This document shows, piece by piece, positions 62,601 to 64,000 of a stretch of DNA of 64,000 nt. Where the stretch lies: the NCBI GenBank assembly GCA_051294905.1, contig CM119371.1:18974001-19038000 (forward strand), given 5' to 3'. A program made the translations under genes and the position numbers. Each line of letters starts with the position of its first letter. Positions within the stretch are counted from its first letter, which is position 1. The DNA is from Botryllus schlosseri. Taxonomy: Eukaryota. The notes under the pieces were generated by a model. It searched no databases. It saw only the letters and a list, made by a program, of their open reading frames with translations, and was not told the DNA's origin.

Positions 62601-63248
62601 ATTGAAAAATCTTTGACAAACATCACATCGATAGCTCTCCATATATCGCCTCATATCAGTAATTAGGCAGAAATGGTTGCTTTCTAAATGTAAGTACACA
62701 GGTTTCCCTTCAAACGTACTACGACGTAGTGCGACAGCTTTACCCTCGGTCTTGGTGTACACGAATATAGCGACATTAAACAAATCCTCGATATCATCCA
62801 ACATGTCAAGAGTTACACCAGAATCTACATTGATGCCATATACCGACGTGAATTGTTGAGCCATTGCTTTTGTATCTTTTCCTAGCGAGTGGGCGATACA
62901 ACGAAAAGCACACAGATTGTCGTTGTACAGGTTCTTATTTTTTCGACGCAACATTGTCATGATACATCTCGCTCTCGCAAGCCATTTCGGTAGCTTAATA
63001 CCAACACAACCAATCAACACACCATTGGTAGGATATACATATAACCGCGGGTTGATCAGACAGAACGATTGTGAATCACAGAAAACATCCAACCGCTTAC
63101 GATTGCTGACGCAAGTATTGTGCACGTGGCTACTGTTTACTACATACGATTTCACCGCTTGCCAGTTCTGGGGTGTAATTTGTTGGTGTTGGTTGTCGAT
63201 CTCTGGCGTCGCATCCCCATCCCTGTGATTCCACAGACATCGACTCAT
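59652..63248 (-). CDS. polB: Protein-primed family B DNA polymerase
   Basis: Exo motifs FDIES, FNGGRYD and YNAID; KGHFPYE; pol motifs DSNSLY, KLAGNSSYG, MDTDS, KNY. ATG 63248 directly follows a splice-acceptor-like TTTTACAG; the track start at 63371 is TTG. Confidence 0.93.
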   Translation of the reverse strand: MSRCLWNHRDGDATPEIDNQHQQITPQNWQAVKSYVVNSSHVHNTCVSNRKRLDVFCDSQSFCLINPRLYVYPTNGVLIGCVGIKLPKWLARARCIMTMLRRKNKNLYNDNLCAFRCIAHSLGKDTKAMAQQFTSVYGINVDSGVTLDMLDDIEDLFNVAIFVYTKTEGKAVALRRSTFEGKPVYLHLESNHFCLITDMRRYMESYRCDVCQRFFNLQYELTRHKCATGPVEVFPGGVYSPPLNIFEKLDLEGVFVPHQLRYFKYRIAFDIESMFEKCDIPDSSKTSWECKHIPISVSISSNVEGFLEPYVIVSNGDPNDLCAEMVDHFHDIQSESFRLLQMEYQHYLGMLETKITEMKALDPSEKKIPLERLQEELMRYLKQIPVLSFNGGRYDLNCLKEYLMGLLVDENLSVLKRGNNFLSLTTNRLKFLDIVNYLAPGFSYDAYLKAFKCSAAKGHFPYEFLTSLEKLDYPSLPSHSDFYSSLKGRNISAAEYENCLKVWNDNKMTTLRDYLKWYNAIDTHYFIEGLEKQFQSFKSQFSVDIFKEAVSLPGVVSRHLFNSIPRDFTLFNDKHQDLVSLFRDNLVGGPSVIFHRYQKQGETRIKEVFYKENAQITQHVTGLDSNSLYLFALSEPSPTGFPVHWQPLDAECTKFKPVKTAPKWGETAAQWLNWYSYTHNVHVHHAFNGPEIRVGARNYPADGFYRNSAGQGVILSFLGCHFHAHQCRFGCDDLERRERTKRVHDYYKSLNYQVICKWECDWRTEKQENPDIVRYLNGIQPQLTRTKSVTAHKLMEMVMSGTFFGCLSVDIFTPNHLQRKFVELCPIFKNTMVSREHLSGHMKQFAIDRKLLTKPTRMLVASYWGKKILLTSDLIKWYVEHGLIISKIHEAVEFTKKTCFDNFAKNVSDCRRAGDRDPSLEIIALTQKLAGNSSYGRVLMNPRKFKRTSYCDKSELGANVKDRFFVKCDELHADLFEITKRLKTIKWGNCIQVGFWVYNNAKLKMLSFFYDCLCKYFRDECFMLLMMDTDSLYLSHSASFDDILIPEKRDEFYLEYENWFPRYFCDEHRTEFLADPVSFDRSRQCCKDTYAYYLRQPGLMKVEYEGGTSFCGLQSKNYFCDGPKKKLASKGLQKSNQIDFENFLGVLTSKEATGGVNKGFRCRDGGVYTYKQQRKTLSYFYAKRRVLEDGVSTLPLNV

Positions 63249-63859
63249 CTGTAAAATTGATAACGCATGGTTACATTCAACACTCGGTAATATTAAACTA
63301 GTGTTACTTACAATGTGGTTTCTTTTTCGGTGTCTTCCTTGGATCTTTATACTAAACAAGTAACATGTCAAACTATGTCGCTAACATAGTGCTATAGCAG
63401 ATAACTTACCAGTAGACTTGTGTATCCCACTTAATCATTGAGTTCGCTTTGTCTGTTCAACAACAAAATCATTACATCATGCTCACTAGTTCTGTGCAGT
63501 AATAACTCACCGTTTCAATTCTTTAATTCCACGCCTGTTTTGTCTGGGGACTGAATAAATAACAAATTATATTCATAAATCGAAGTATTCACACCGAATA
63601 ACTTACCTATTAAACCCTTAATCCCTGCGTCGATGTAATCTCTATATGTAAACTATTTAAATCTAATGACATAACCGACTTGAGATATGAAATAATGTTA
63701 TCCACCTGGAAACAAATGATACATTAACAAACAACACAAAAATCATATTAAACAAACAAAATGTACAAATATATTCCAATAACACCACACACAATACATA
63801 CAAGTACATCTCAATAGAATTCAATGACAGGATTATTTTCTTGGGTCGCAATGAAAATG

Positions 63860-64000
63860 ATTGAGATCATGAAAGACACATCGGCGTCGTAGTTTTTTTC
63901 ACCGTATAAATGGTGTGGTACATCTTGATCGTGCAAGTCCTGGCGGTATTTCGATATCAGCTCAATCAATCAACAAACCATCAGTGGGGTATACGTAAAA
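63860..64000 (-). pseudogene. Second copy of the PolB N-terminal region (ORF ends at TGA 63962-63964, decayed remnant beyond)
   Basis: FYVYPTDGLLID*ADIEIPPGLARSRC aligns without gaps to PolB LYVYPTNGVLIGCVGIKLPKWLARARC. Confidence 0.7.

Larger units (their letters stand above)
46275..64000 (-). mobile_element. Polinton/Maverick (endogenous dsDNA virus-like element); other end outside window
   Basis: AGTAGT terminus plus co-oriented pPolB, ATPase, rve integrase, capsid proteins and adenain-like protease. Confidence 0.96.

Noticed and set aside
63663..63851. 62-aa hydrophobic ORF
   Set aside because: Non-ATG start; the hydrophobicity follows from a T-rich tract that looks like intron or intergenic sequence.

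Overview
Eukaryotic (probably invertebrate animal) 5S rDNA locus with a mobile element inserted inside a 5S gene at each end. Positions 1-2646 hold the 5' part of a Tx1/L1-type non-LTR retrotransposon (gag-like ORF1, APE-endonuclease ORF2; minus strand) joined to nt 35 of a 5S gene. Positions 2647-33660 are a homogeneous 462-bp 5S array (67 full genes by unit arithmetic). Positions 33661-46274 are a second, ~1.02-kb dimeric 5S array with three divergent gene types (24 full genes). From 46275 to beyond the window end lies a Polinton/Maverick inserted 9 nt from the 3' end of a 5S gene. It encodes pPolB, packaging ATPase, integrase-chromodomain, three minor-capsid paralogs, core-like proteins, major capsid and adenain-like protease. 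The major capsid gene is split by a young Gypsy LTR element (48531-53796). The most unusual observations are the Polinton-in-5S insertion, a second copy of the PolB N-terminus that stops just before the protease-like domain, and a hairpin-spaced array of partial tRNA-Trp primer-binding sites in the Gypsy leader. All calls are from motifs read by eye; no searches were run.
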